The position numbers were made by a program, and so were the translations under genes. Below the pieces are notes generated by a model. The model saw nothing but the letters and a program-made list of their open reading frames with translations. It was not told where the DNA came from and did no database searches. Positions 19,168 to 30,253 of a stretch of 64,000 bases of DNA are shown in pieces (the first letter of the stretch is position 1; every line of letters starts with the position of its first letter). The stretch covers positions 843,328 through 907,327 of the forward strand of contig JAYQJW010000002.1 of assembly GCA_038142325.1 (NCBI GenBank). The letters are read 5' to 3'. Source of the stretch: Gammaproteobacteria bacterium. Its GTDB lineage: Bacteria; Pseudomonadota; Gammaproteobacteria; GCA-002705445; GCA-002716945.

Positions 19168-19889
19168 TTATTACTACCTTCTAAACTCTTTTCGATAGAC
19201 TGACTCGGTTTGTTTGTAGTTGAGATATCATCGCCAGTTACGATGAAATGTATTTCCTCAGCTATATTACAAATATGATCTCCTGCTCTCTCGAGAGTTT
19301 TTATAGCAAATAGTAATTTAGTGTAAGTGAGTAATTTCAATTTTGAAACTTTGTCTTTTATCTGATCAACAATGATATCGTAAACAAGATTATACTTTTC
19401 ATCAATTATCAGATCATTCTTTCTAACAAGCTCTGCTTTTTTTGTATCTTTAGAAATATATGCATCGATAACATCCTTCATTTGTGTTTGAACAAGTGTG
19501 ACTAACCTAAGAATATCATTTTTAATATTTGTATCAGGGACAGTTTCTAAGGCCGCAACCCTCATGGCTATATTTTTTGCATAGTCACCCAACCTCTCTA
19601 AATCAGTCGATATTCTCAACGCTGTCAAGGTTGCTCTCAGGTCTATCGCAATTGGAGCTCTCAATGTAATTATTGTAATAACCGCGTCACGAATCTCAGC
19701 ATCATATTGATCCAATCTAGGTTCATTCTCTAAAATATCTTCAATTGTTGCAGGTGATGCAGTATCAATTACATGATATAGAAGTTTAAATTGCTCCTCT
19801 ACAAGAGTAGCCATCTGGGTGGTCAATTGATTAATATTTTCTATATCATCATCAAAAGACTTTACTATATGTTCTTTGTACTCACTCAT
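19164..19889 (-). CDS. phoU: Phosphate signalling protein PhoU
   Basis: EHIVKSFD, P.A.DLR, DLERLGDYAKNIA, LERAGDHICNIAE. Confidence 0.93.
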   Translation of the reverse strand: MSEYKEHIVKSFDDDIENINQLTTQMATLVEEQFKLLYHVIDTASPATIEDILENEPRLDQYDAEIRDAVITIITLRAPIAIDLRATLTALRISTDLERLGDYAKNIAMRVAALETVPDTNIKNDILRLVTLVQTQMKDVIDAYISKDTKKAELVRKNDLIIDEKYNLVYDIIVDQIKDKVSKLKLLTYTKLLFAIKTLERAGDHICNIAEEIHFIVTGDDISTTNKPSQSIEKSLEGSNK

Positions 19890-19926
19890 AATATCTCTTT
19901 ATATATATTATAAAATTATAAATAAA

Positions 19927-20691
19927 CTATCCAATCCTTCCTGTGATATAATCCTGAGTTTTTTGATGCTGTGGATTCGAGAAAATATTCTTAGTAAAAC
20001 CAGATTCAACAAGCTCACCCATATGCATATATGCAGTTCTATCTGAAACTCTAGCCGCTTGTTGCATAGAATGTGTGACAATCACAATAGTATATTTTGT
20101 TTTTAGTTCCTCAATTAATTCTTCGATCTTAGCAGTTGCAATCGGATCCAAAGCAGAGCACGGCTCATCCATCAAAATTATTTCTGGGCCAACAGCAAGT
20201 GCTCGTGCAATACATAATCTTTGTTGCTGTCCTCCAGATAGTCCGGTTCCCGGTTCAAATAATCTATTTTTAACTTCCTCATATAAGCCAGCTCGTGATA
20301 ATGATTTTATAACTATCGAATCAAGTTCATCTTTAGACTGAGCAATTCCATGTAGTTTCGGCCCATAAGCAACATTATCGTAAATCGATTTAGGAAAAGG
20401 GTTAGGTTTTTGAAACACCATTCCTACTTTTGACCTAAGCAGAACAGGATCTTGATTAGAATCATTAATGTCTGTTCCATCAATCATAATTTGACCATTA
20501 ATAGAGCATATATCTATTAAGTCATTCATTCTATTGAGACATTTAAGTAGTGTTGACTTTCCGCATCCAGAAGGACCAATTAATGAGGTGACCTCTCGCT
20601 CCATTATATTAAGATTAATATCATACAAAGCTTGCTTGTTAGCATAAAACACATTTAAGTTTTTGATTGATATTTTTAGTTTTTCGGTCAT
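19927..20691 (-). CDS. pstB: Phosphate ABC transporter ATPase
   Basis: [47 protein letters not shown]. Confidence 0.96.
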   Translation of the reverse strand: MTEKLKISIKNLNVFYANKQALYDINLNIMEREVTSLIGPSGCGKSTLLKCLNRMNDLIDICSINGQIMIDGTDINDSNQDPVLLRSKVGMVFQKPNPFPKSIYDNVAYGPKLHGIAQSKDELDSIVIKSLSRAGLYEEVKNRLFEPGTGLSGGQQQRLCIARALAVGPEIILMDEPCSALDPIATAKIEELIEELKTKYTIVIVTHSMQQAARVSDRTAYMHMGELVESGFTKNIFSNPQHQKTQDYITGRIG

Positions 20692-20695
20692 TTAT

Positions 20696-21914
20696 CTACC
20701 ACTTCTTCTCAAGTTTATTTCTCAAGTATATTGCTAATAAATTTAAAAGCACTAGAAAAATAAGTAATACCATAATTGCAGCAGATGTTCGTTCAACAAA
20801 TGCCCGCTCTGGACTATCTGCCCATAAAAAAATTTGTACTGGAAGTGCAGTTGATGGATCGAGAGGTGTCCCTGGCACATCAACAACAAAAGCAACCATA
20901 CCTATCATTAATAAAGGTGCAGTCTCACCTAACGCTCTTGCTATTCCAATAATTGTTCCAGTCATTATTCCAGGCATTGCTAAAGGTAATGTAAAATTAA
21001 GTAATGTTTGAATTTTACTTGCACCCAAACCTATGGAGGCCTCCTCTATAGACGGAGGGACTGATTTAATTGCAGATCGTGCCGCTATTACAATTGTTGG
21101 AAGAGTCATAACAGCTAAAGTAAGTCCGCCAACCAGTGGCGCAGACCTTGGAAGAGAGAAGAAATTTAAAAATATTGCTAAACCAAGAAGTCCAAAGACT
21201 ATTGATGGCACGGCAGCTAAATTATTAATGTTGGTTTCGATGGTGTTAGAAAATTTATTTTTCAATGCAATCTTTTCCATGTATAGAGCTGATAGAACAC
21301 CTAGCGGGAAAGATACTATAAATGCAATTAATATTGCATACAAACGAACCTATAATAGCTCCCTTAATTCCTGCCAATTCAGGCTCTCTGCTATCTGCAG
21401 AATAGAGCAAATATTGATTTGCTTTTAGTTTAATTAGGTTTTGTTCTACTAGAATATCAACGTATTGCATTCTAGAGGGATTTATTCTTCCTGCTTCGTT
21501 GCCTTGCCTCTCAACAGTGCCTTTGATATACATGTCAATATCAGCATGTGCTAAAAACCAATGATAACCATTGATATCTTCCTTATTAGAATTTTCTAGC
21601 AGTTCTTCAAACTCATATATAGCGCCTTTACTGAAAAGTGACATCAAGTTCCTTTTCTCGCTCCTTGTTTTAGCCTGTGGAAACATATTATAAACTTGTC
21701 TTTTAAATTCTTTTCTTGAATTAATATCACTTCGTTCAGTTTGAGCAGGTAAATTAATATTAACCCCTATGTAACTTGCTTTGAAAGCTGAAATACCAGT
21801 TGAGAATATATTAAATAGTAAAACAAAGAGAAAAGTGATTGCAACTAAAACAGCAAGGAATCCATAAACTTTAAATCTTCTCTCCGCTTGATTTCTCTGA
21901 GATAGATTATTCAT
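20696..21914 (-). CDS. pstA: Phosphate ABC transporter permease PstA, long form (apparent frameshift at about 21345)
   Basis: N-terminal part ends SREPELAGIKGAIIGS; C-terminal part has NINNLAAVPSIVFGLLG and ARALGETAPL. Confidence 0.92.
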
Positions 21915-23280
21915 ATAATTCCCTATATTTTTTTACCATATTTAATGCAATAACATTTAAAATTAATGTTAGAAAAAACAATACAAATGCCAAAGCAAAA
22001 GCTGAGAGAGTTTTAGCACTATCAAATTCCTGATCACCTGTAAGTAAACCCACAATTTGAACAGTAACAGTAGTCACGCTCTCGAATGGATTCAACGTTA
22101 AATTCGCAGCAAATCCTGCTGCCATTACTACTATCATTGTCTCTCCGATAGCTCTTGAGAATGCCAAGAGAAAACTGGCAACAATGCCATGAAAAGATGC
22201 TGGGATTATAACTTGCTTTGTAGTTTCAGAAACAGTTGCTCCCATTGCTAATGAGCCTTCCTTTAATGAACTAGGTACTGCATTCATAGCATCATCTGTA
22301 AGTGATGTTATAAATGGTATAATCATAATTCCCATTACAGTTCCAGCTATGATTGCGCTCTCACCGCTCAGAGCGCCTGGAGCTATTTTATCTCCTAAGT
22401 CTCTAAAGAAAGGTGCTACGGTAATTACAGCAAAAAATCCATAGACAACCGTTGGTATACCAGCCAATATTTCAATAACAGGTTTTGCAAAAGTTCTTAC
22501 TTTATAAGGGGCATATTGTGATAAATAAATTGCTGAATATAAACCTATTGGTACTGCAACAAGCATAGCTATAAGAGATATCAAAATTGTTCCAACAAAT
22601 ACAGGTATGGCACCAAAACTACCTGATGATGCAACTTGGTCTGCACGAATAGCTGTTTGCGGGCTCCATTGTAATCCGAATAGAAAGTCAAAAATATTTA
22701 TCATTGAAAAGAATCTTAAAGTCTCAAAAAGTAGTGACAGTACAATACCTACTGTCACAACTATCGCCATAATGGATGATAATTTCATAAGCATGACAAA
22801 TAATCGCTCAACATATTCTCTTGCCTTAAATTCAACTGTGACTTTTTTCATTGATAATCTTAGTAAAGTTACAGACAACCCGATTGCGACTATAATCTTC
22901 AAGATACTGTTTGTATATGTTAGAGATGAATATCTTTCAACTGCAGGTAAAAAACCACTATGCTCAATGACTCTTGTCGATACACCGCTTGAGTAGTCTA
23001 TGACTGAATTGATATAAAATTTAACTAATCCGGGATCATTTATATCACCAAAGTAATCCTTAATTGTTAGATTAGTTAGAATATTTTGAATACTCGTCCA
23101 TAGAATCAGCAATGTTATAGCTGGTAAGAACATAACAACAGCTGAATATATTCCATGGTAGTAGGGTTGAGAGTGAAGACTGTTAAACTTGGCTAATGAA
23201 ACTGCTCTACTTTTATTGATTATAAAGCTATAGATGGCAAGTGCAAGAATCGCGAGATATGTAATCGTAGTCATGTACAA
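21907..23280 (-). CDS. pstC: Phosphate ABC transporter permease PstC, long form
   Basis: EILAGIPTVVYGFF, SRAIGETMIV, GDQEFDS; N-terminal LHSQP.YHG extension. Confidence 0.95.
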   Translation of the reverse strand: MYMTTITYLAILALAIYSFIINKSRAVSLAKFNSLHSQPYYHGIYSAVVMFLPAITLLILWTSIQNILTNLTIKDYFGDINDPGLVKFYINSVIDYSSGVSTRVIEHSGFLPAVERYSSLTYTNSILKIIVAIGLSVTLLRLSMKKVTVEFKAREYVERLFVMLMKLSSIMAIVVTVGIVLSLLFETLRFFSMINIFDFLFGLQWSPQTAIRADQVASSGSFGAIPVFVGTILISLIAMLVAVPIGLYSAIYLSQYAPYKVRTFAKPVIEILAGIPTVVYGFFAVITVAPFFRDLGDKIAPGALSGESAIIAGTVMGIMIIPFITSLTDDAMNAVPSSLKEGSLAMGATVSETTKQVIIPASFHGIVASFLLAFSRAIGETMIVVMAAGFAANLTLNPFESVTTVTVQIVGLLTGDQEFDSAKTLSAFALAFVLFFLTLILNVIALNMVKKYRELYE

Positions 23281-23298
23281 AGAATATATTATTTCAAT

Positions 23299-23316
23299 GT
23301 TACATTTTTGTTACAT
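23299..23316 (-). promoter_or_regulatory. Pho box upstream of pstC
   Basis: Minus strand ATGTAAC-AAAA-ATGTAAC, a perfect direct repeat at 11-bp period. Confidence 0.65.
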
Positions 23317-23357
23317 TTCCTTTAATTTTCATGTATCACATAAAAAATAATTCTTTT

Positions 23358-24396
23358 CTAGAACCTCATATTAGCCAATGATTTTGCATCATTTTCATAC
23401 CTTAATAGTTCATCTTTAGGAAGTGGGATAAGGCCTTTATCAATTAGATATCCATCTTCACCAATTGCATCTTCACTTACAAAATGTGTAAGAAACTCTT
23501 CAATGCCAGGTATAGAGCCTATATGAGCTTTTTTAACATAAAAATATAAAGATCTTGATATTTCATAATCTCCGATAGCTATGGCATCGAATGTAGGGTA
23601 TACACCATTAATTTTTGTACCTTTTACCTGATCGCTATTTTGATCAAGAAAACTGAATCCAAATATTCCAAAAGAATTTTTGTTAGAATTAAGTTTTTGT
23701 ATTATCAGATTGTCATTTTCGCCCGCCTCGATATATTTTCCATCTTCTCTAATAGTTCTACAGAGCTTTTTCCATTCATTTTTATTTTTCTTTTTAAGGT
23801 CTTTTATCCAAGAAATCGAATTACATCCATCTGTCATAGCAATTTCAACAAATGCATCTCGTGTTCCTGATGTAGGTGGGGGACCATAAACCATTATCGG
23901 AAGTTCTGGAAGTTCAGAGTTAACATCACTCCATAATTTAGATTGATTCTCGCAAGTAACATCATCTTGAGCACCACATGGCACTTCCTTAGCTAAAGCA
24001 AGATAAATATCTTTTGTAGTCAGTTCTAAATCTATACCATTTTTTAGAATTTGCGAATACAATTCCATCAAATCCAATCTTAATTTCAATAATATCTTTT
24101 ACACCATTAGATTTACATAGAGAAATCTCTTTCAATTTAATACGTCTAGACGCATTCGTAATATCTGGAGTATTAGGTCCTAATCCTGAACAAAATAATT
24201 TTAGACCGCCATCAGAGCCAGTTGACTCAACAATAGGTGACTTAAAAGATGTATTTTTTCTTCCAAACTCCTCAGCAACAGTTGTCGAAAAAGGATAAAC
24301 GGTTGAAGATCCCACTATAGATATACTTTCTCTTGCACTAAGGTCAAATATAAAAATAAAGGTAAAAATTATTGTCAAAATAGTATTTCTAATCAT
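23358..24396 (-). CDS. pstS: Phosphate-binding protein PstS (apparent frameshift at about 24045)
   Basis: IVGSSTVYPF, PDITNASR, YGPPPTSGTRDAF, EAGENDNLI, SRSLYFYVK. GGAG RBS before the ATG at 24396. Confidence 0.93.
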
Positions 24397-24459
24397 GTCT
24401 ACTCCAGTTTGATACATTTTTTTCATCTTAGTATTAAAACTCTAGAAAATTAAACTCGA

Positions 24460-24488
24460 ATTAAGGATTTATTAAAGATTTGTTAACG
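24460..24488 (-). promoter_or_regulatory. Pho box array upstream of pstS
   Basis: Minus strand CGTTAAC-AAAT-CTTTAAT-AAAT-CCTTAAT: three half-sites at 11-bp period. Confidence 0.65.
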
Positions 24489-24491
24489 ATA

Positions 24492-25712
24492 CTATTTTTC
24501 GATATAGAGAGGCAAGAAGACCTTAAATATACTTCCTGTATTCTCCTCACTTTCAATGACTAATCTTCCTGCATGACGATTAACAATATGTTTAACAATT
24601 GAAAGTCCTAGGCCAGAACTAGATTTTTTAAATTGAGCTGCATTCTTTGATCTATAAAATCTCTCTGTGACTTTCAAAATATCTTGTTTTGGAATACCAC
24701 ACCCCTGGTCTTCTACTGTAAAACAAATCTCTGAAGACCCTGCTTCAAAATCAATATTTATTGTCGTTGACTCTTGGCTATAGGTTAATGCATTTGAAAT
24801 TAGATTTTCAAATATTTCTATAATCTGATCATCATTGCCACGAATAAATAATTCATTTTGGCTATAAGAACTAGATAATTTTATTTGAATATTTTTTTTA
24901 TCTGCAGTTTGTTTTGCCGCATCTATAGCTGATGATGCGCAGCGGTAAATATCTACTTTTTCATTAGGTATCTGATACTCAGTCTCTTCTACTCTTATAA
25001 GTGCTAATGTATCGTTAACAAGCCTTTGCATTCTCTCAGCCTCAGTTTTTATAATACTAAGGAATTTGCTTTTTTGTTTTTCATCATTTTTAGCTGGTCC
25101 ATCAATAGTTTCAATAAAACCCATTATGGCAGTTAGAGGTGTTTTTAGCTCATGTGTAACATTAGATATGAAATCTGATTTTATTTTTTCAGAAACTTTC
25201 TGGATTGTCTCATCTGTTAATATAATGAGTACGAATTTTTCTTTTTCGATTTTGATAGGAAATAATTGTGCTTGTACATATCGATGAACTTGATCATAAA
25301 TAATTAAATTTACATCAAGTTTAAGATTCTTCTCGAATGCTTTGTTCAATCCTTCGTTGAGCTCATTTGATCTCATTGCTAAGGACAAATGTATATTATT
25401 AGAATCTTTACCTACAAACGAGTTAAATGCTACATTGGACTTTTCAATAATAAAATTCTTATTAACTATAAACATAGGAAAGGTATTTTGATTGAATATA
25501 CTCTTATCATATTCAGAAAAGAATATTGCTTTATTTTTTTGTTTTTCCTTTTCAACTCTGACTGAGGGCTCATTAATAAGCCTGTCCTCTCTGGATAAAA
25601 ATCTATATATAACAAAGTAAGAGAAGACTACAAAAAAAATTACTACTATGGGTGAATTAACTATATAAAGTATAAAAACAGTTGCAATGGAAATAAGTGA
25701 TAACAGTATCAT
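24492..25712 (-). CDS. phoR: Phosphate regulon sensor histidine kinase
   Basis: DFISNVTHELKTPLT H-box, NLISNA N-box, ERFYR, SGLGLSIVKHI; upstream of pstS. Confidence 0.9.
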   Translation of the reverse strand: MILLSLISIATVFILYIVNSPIVVIFFVVFSYFVIYRFLSREDRLINEPSVRVEKEKQKNKAIFFSEYDKSIFNQNTFPMFIVNKNFIIEKSNVAFNSFVGKDSNNIHLSLAMRSNELNEGLNKAFEKNLKLDVNLIIYDQVHRYVQAQLFPIKIEKEKFVLIILTDETIQKVSEKIKSDFISNVTHELKTPLTAIMGFIETIDGPAKNDEKQKSKFLSIIKTEAERMQRLVNDTLALIRVEETEYQIPNEKVDIYRCASSAIDAAKQTADKKNIQIKLSSSYSQNELFIRGNDDQIIEIFENLISNALTYSQESTTINIDFEAGSSEICFTVEDQGCGIPKQDILKVTERFYRSKNAAQFKKSSSGLGLSIVKHIVNRHAGRLVIESEENTGSIFKVFLPLYIEK

Positions 25713-25783
25713 AGGTATTGCTCGAATTTAACTATTGATAGTTTAGACTTCATGATAAAATCTTCCACTATAATATCAGATAT

Positions 25784-26899
25784 ATGACAGATATAATATT
25801 CCATAAATCAAGCAAATATATTGAGGATGATATAGATTACTATGCATCAGATACACGCGATAAACATGGTGCTGTTAAGCCAAGTAAGGATATTAAAAGT
25901 TATCTTCTAGATTCATTCAACTTTGATAATAACCAAGAACTGCCATCTTTATTTTATCCCTTTCCTAAACAATCAATTGATAGAATTTACTTAGGTATTA
26001 GTTTTCCGCTCTATGCCAACAACTGGGGTGCAGAGTTTCTTAGATATTTAATGTATATAGTCAAAAAAGATGGTGCTGTGGTATTTCCAGTTTATGCAGA
26101 ACGACAAGGTGTTGAAAAAAACTACTGGTCTAGGAGCATATTAGAAGTTGCATTTCAAAGCAGGCAGAAGTGGTGGGGCATGAGTAATATTTGGGCTGAG
26201 AATGATGGCGTTATGTCAATGAGAATTGGCAAAAAAGAGCCTAAAATAAGAAACAGCACTTTTACTCATTTCATTGATAATAAAATGCCGGAATTATTTA
26301 ATAATAATGATACAAACGCTATAGAAGCGGAGATAAAAATTCAGATAGATAATCTAAGATTAAGTGCAGTTGTTGAAAAAATTATTTTAGATCATCATGG
26401 AAGAAATAAAAAAATAAATCTAGGCTCAGTTAGTGATAATACTTTGTTGGCTATGGAATTAGCTTGTAGTGATTACATGAACATAAAAAATGTCCAAGTG
26501 TATACAAATAATGAGGATACCATTAGTACATACAAAGACTATCTTCCAAAAAAAATACCATCAGATTATAAACATATGATTACAAACATAGATAATGTAG
26601 AGCTAAATAATGAGCATAATGTAATTTTAATTGATGAGAAATTTATTGATGAAGAAAAAAGTCAGGCTCTAATAAAAAGTTCATTAAATGCACTTACTGA
26701 TGATGGATATATTATTTTAATAAATAAACAATATGAAAATGGCTACAAGTCTTGTCAGCATTCTCATACAGTTGGAACAAAACTCAAAACTGGATATGAT
26801 ATTCCACACTATTCTGATCTGATATTTAAAGAACTTCAAGATGAGAATCAAAATAGAGAGTCTGCAATTCAAGTAATCTACAAAAAAGATAATGCATGA
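25784..26899 (+). CDS. Hypothetical protein with two degenerate class I methyltransferase-like units
   Basis: 371-aa ORF with YPFPKQSIDRI...IVKKDGAVVF and INLGS...LLAMELA...NALTDDGYIILI segments. Confidence 0.6.
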   Translation: MTDIIFHKSSKYIEDDIDYYASDTRDKHGAVKPSKDIKSYLLDSFNFDNNQELPSLFYPFPKQSIDRIYLGISFPLYANNWGAEFLRYLMYIVKKDGAVVFPVYAERQGVEKNYWSRSILEVAFQSRQKWWGMSNIWAENDGVMSMRIGKKEPKIRNSTFTHFIDNKMPELFNNNDTNAIEAEIKIQIDNLRLSAVVEKIILDHHGRNKKINLGSVSDNTLLAMELACSDYMNIKNVQVYTNNEDTISTYKDYLPKKIPSDYKHMITNIDNVELNNEHNVILIDEKFIDEEKSQALIKSSLNALTDDGYIILINKQYENGYKSCQHSHTVGTKLKTGYDIPHYSDLIFKELQDENQNRESAIQVIYKKDNA

Positions 26900-28223
26900 C
26901 ATTTTAAATCTTATTAGCTCATTCATTTGGGGACCATTTACACTCATACTTATTTTAGGAACTGGTATATTTTTAAGCCTAGGTTTAAAAGGTTTCACTT
27001 TGACATTTATAGTTGTTGCCTTTAGACAAATTTTTAGTAAAGAAGAGAAATCATCGGATGGTGAGATATCTTCTTTTCAGTCGTTGACAACAGCCTTGTC
27101 TGCTACGGTTGGAACAGGAAACATTGCTGGTGTTGCTACAGCAATATTTGTTGGTGGACCAGGCGCTATTTTCTGGATGTGGGTATCTGCAATATTTGGT
27201 ATGGCAACTAAATTTGCCGAAGCGTTTCTTGCAATTAAATTCAGAGAAAAAAATAGTCATGGTGAGACTGTTGGTGGACCAATGTATTATATTAAAAATG
27301 GACTGTCACAGCGATACAGGATTTTCGCATATATTTTTGCTGCAGCAGGCATGATCGCCGCACTTGGTATTGGCAATGGCGTTCAAGTTAACTCTGTCTC
27401 TCAAGTCATTCACAATGAGTTTGATATTTCAGAATTATCAGTTGGAATATTTATTTCTATACTTGTGGCTTTAGTTATTTTAGGAGGCATTAAATCCATT
27501 GGTAAAATTACATCGACCCTAGTTCCGTTCATGTCAATTGTTTACATATTTGGTGGCCTATTAATTATTGTATTTAATAGCAATGAAGTTGGATATGTAT
27601 TTAACCTTATTATCACGTCAGCATTTAATGGAACTGCAGCAGCAGGTGGTTTTGCAGGAGCAACAGTCTGGATGGCGCTTAGATATGGTGTTGCAAGAGG
27701 CGTCTTTTCAAATGAGGCAGGTTTAGGAAGCTCTCCTATTGCTCATGCAGCAGCAAATACTAATAATCCAGTGAAACAAGGTATGATCTCAATGCTTGAA
27801 CCTCTAATTGATACATTGATTGTATGCACAATAACTGCGTTCGTTATTTTACTGAGCAATCAATGGATTGGAGAATTAAATGGTGCTGTTTTAACTGCAT
27901 CATCGTTTGAATACCTTTTTGAAAATGGAAAATATATAGTTATTTTTGGTTTAATTCTATTTTCATTTAGCACAATCATTGGTTGGAGTTATTATGGTGA
28001 AAAATATGCTGAATTTCTTTTTGGCTCGAAAATTGTAACTACATACAGGATATTATGGGTTTTAATAATCCCGTTAGCTGCAACCATAGAATTAAATTTA
28101 ATGTGGTTGATAGCAGATATCATGAATGGGCTAATGTCTATACCTAATTTATTAGCACTAATTTTATTAGCACCTGTGGTTTTTACAAAAACACAAGAAC
28201 TAAAAAACCAATTCAAAGCTTAA
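26892..28223 (+). CDS. Sodium:alanine/glycine symporter (AGCS family)
   Basis: ATVGTGNIAGVA, GGPGAIFWMW, GGPMYYI, RGVFSNEAGLGS. Confidence 0.95.
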   Translation: MHDILNLISSFIWGPFTLILILGTGIFLSLGLKGFTLTFIVVAFRQIFSKEEKSSDGEISSFQSLTTALSATVGTGNIAGVATAIFVGGPGAIFWMWVSAIFGMATKFAEAFLAIKFREKNSHGETVGGPMYYIKNGLSQRYRIFAYIFAAAGMIAALGIGNGVQVNSVSQVIHNEFDISELSVGIFISILVALVILGGIKSIGKITSTLVPFMSIVYIFGGLLIIVFNSNEVGYVFNLIITSAFNGTAAAGGFAGATVWMALRYGVARGVFSNEAGLGSSPIAHAAANTNNPVKQGMISMLEPLIDTLIVCTITAFVILLSNQWIGELNGAVLTASSFEYLFENGKYIVIFGLILFSFSTIIGWSYYGEKYAEFLFGSKIVTTYRILWVLIIPLAATIELNLMWLIADIMNGLMSIPNLLALILLAPVVFTKTQELKNQFKA

Positions 28224-28226
28224 AAG

Positions 28227-29030
28227 ATGGACATGGAAAAACATATAAAGCTTGCTCTAGCAGAGGATTGTTACAAGCATGATATTACAACTAAACTTTT
28301 GCCTGTTAAAAAATGTAAAGCAATAATTAAATCCAAAGAGTCATTTCATGTCTATGGATTGAAATGGTTTGCTAAAGTATTTAAAACCGTACATAAAGAC
28401 ACTGTCGTTAAGCGTTTTGTTAAAGATAAAGATTATGTAAAGAAAAATATGATTATTGCAGAAGTCCATGGATCAAACCATGCGCTCCTTCAAGCAGAGA
28501 GAGTTGCTTTAAACTACCTTCAGACAATGTCGGCAACATTTGATAAATGCATTGAGTATACAAATAAGATTAAAAATAAAAAAATTAAACTGCTTCATAC
28601 AAGAAAAACTGTTCCTTTATACCGACTCCCTCTCTCAGAAGCATGCTGTGCTGCTGATTGCAAGCCACACAGATATGATTTATCTGAATCTATTCTTATC
28701 AAAGAAAATCACTTAACTTTATCATCTCAAACTCTTACATTAATACAAAGGGCTGTAGATACCAAAAAAAAGGTCATTGTAGAAGCAAAGACAATTAAAT
28801 TTGCCAAAAGCTTATTAGATTTTAAGAAATATAGAATTCTATTAGATAATTTTTCACCTGAAATGATTAAAAAATTTTTATCATATAAACCAAAAATTAA
28901 ATTAGAAATATCCGGATCGATAAATCTAAAAAATATCAATAAATACGCACTTGATGGTATAGATTATATTTCCATCGGTGATTTAACAAAAAATATTAAA
29001 TCAAAAGATTTATCTATGCTTATAGTTTAG
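28227..29030 (+). CDS. nadC: Quinolinate phosphoribosyltransferase
   Basis: ALAED, AERVALNYLQ, TRKT, HR.DLS..ILIKENH, ILLDNF, DYISIG. Confidence 0.9.
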   Translation: MDMEKHIKLALAEDCYKHDITTKLLPVKKCKAIIKSKESFHVYGLKWFAKVFKTVHKDTVVKRFVKDKDYVKKNMIIAEVHGSNHALLQAERVALNYLQTMSATFDKCIEYTNKIKNKKIKLLHTRKTVPLYRLPLSEACCAADCKPHRYDLSESILIKENHLTLSSQTLTLIQRAVDTKKKVIVEAKTIKFAKSLLDFKKYRILLDNFSPEMIKKFLSYKPKIKLEISGSINLKNINKYALDGIDYISIGDLTKNIKSKDLSMLIV

Positions 29031-29068
29031 GTATATGTTAATGTTACATACTAATATAATAGTTCTAG

Positions 29069-30253
29069 ATGAATAATTCTTTTAGTATTTCACAAGCAAT
29101 TAAAAATTTTTTCGCACGAGAAGAAAAATCAGGGATATTGTTGTTGTTATTCGCAACTCTTGCTCTCATAACTGTAAATAGTCCACTTAATTCTCTTTAT
29201 TACGATATTAAGTATACAGATGTACCAATTAGTCTTGGAGAATTTAATTTTACCAAAACGATATCCCATTGGGTGAATGATGGGCTTATGGCTATTTTTT
29301 TCTTTGTAATTGGACTAGAACTTAAAAGAGAGATTTTAGAAGGTGAGTTATCGAGTTTTGACAGAATGGTCTTACCTGCAATCGCTGCTATTGGTGGCAT
29401 GGTTGCACCAGCAATCATCTATGTTCTTATTAATATAAATAACCCTGAGAATATGTCTGGATGGGCTATACCAACAGCAACAGACATCGCCTTTTCGCTT
29501 GCAGTGTTATTGATAATTGGTAAAAATGTGCCGCTTAGTCTAAAAGTATTTTTATTATCTCTAGCTATCATTGATGATCTAGGAGCTGTTCTTATCATTG
29601 CTTTTTTCTACACAGCTCAAATTAGTGGAATTTATCTGATCTACTCATTAATAGTATTTTTCCTTTTGATTCTAATTAATCGAATGGGTATAAACAAAAT
29701 GTACGTCTACATGATTCTTGGTGTTTTCTTGTGGTACTTTGTCCTTAAATCTGGTGTACATGCAACTATAGCTGGGGTTCTACTGGCGACAACTATCCCA
29801 AACACGTCTAATAATGATTTAGAACATTCCATGTTGAAAGATTTAGAACATAAGCTTCATAACTTTGTTGGAATTCTAGTTCTTCCTATCTTTGCATTTT
29901 TTAATAGCGATATTAATTTTGCAGATGTGACATTGAGTAGTGTTTATAGCCCTCTATCACTGGGTGTAATCCTGGGATTACTTCTTGGAAAACCAATAGG
30001 TATCACGTTATTCACTTATGTTGGAATGAAAACGAATCTATTTAATTTACCTGAGAATGTCACAATCAAAGATGTCTTTGGTCTTTCTCTTTTATGTGGA
30101 ATTGGATTTACCATGAGTTTGTTTATTAACGGGCTTGCGTTTTCTGACCCCGTTTTGATTGATAGCAGTAAATTAGGTATTTTTATTGGTTCAATGATAT
30201 CTGCTGTTGCGGGTTATTTAATTTTAAAATCAAAATATCAGAAGAGTAACTAA
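29069..30253 (+). CDS. nhaA: Na+/H+ antiporter NhaA
   Basis: WVNDGLMAIFF, GLELKRE, ATDIAF, AIIDDLGA, GKPIGI, CGIGFTMSLFI. Confidence 0.96.
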   Translation: MNNSFSISQAIKNFFAREEKSGILLLLFATLALITVNSPLNSLYYDIKYTDVPISLGEFNFTKTISHWVNDGLMAIFFFVIGLELKREILEGELSSFDRMVLPAIAAIGGMVAPAIIYVLININNPENMSGWAIPTATDIAFSLAVLLIIGKNVPLSLKVFLLSLAIIDDLGAVLIIAFFYTAQISGIYLIYSLIVFFLLILINRMGINKMYVYMILGVFLWYFVLKSGVHATIAGVLLATTIPNTSNNDLEHSMLKDLEHKLHNFVGILVLPIFAFFNSDINFADVTLSSVYSPLSLGVILGLLLGKPIGITLFTYVGMKTNLFNLPENVTIKDVFGLSLLCGIGFTMSLFINGLAFSDPVLIDSSKLGIFIGSMISAVAGYLILKSKYQKSN

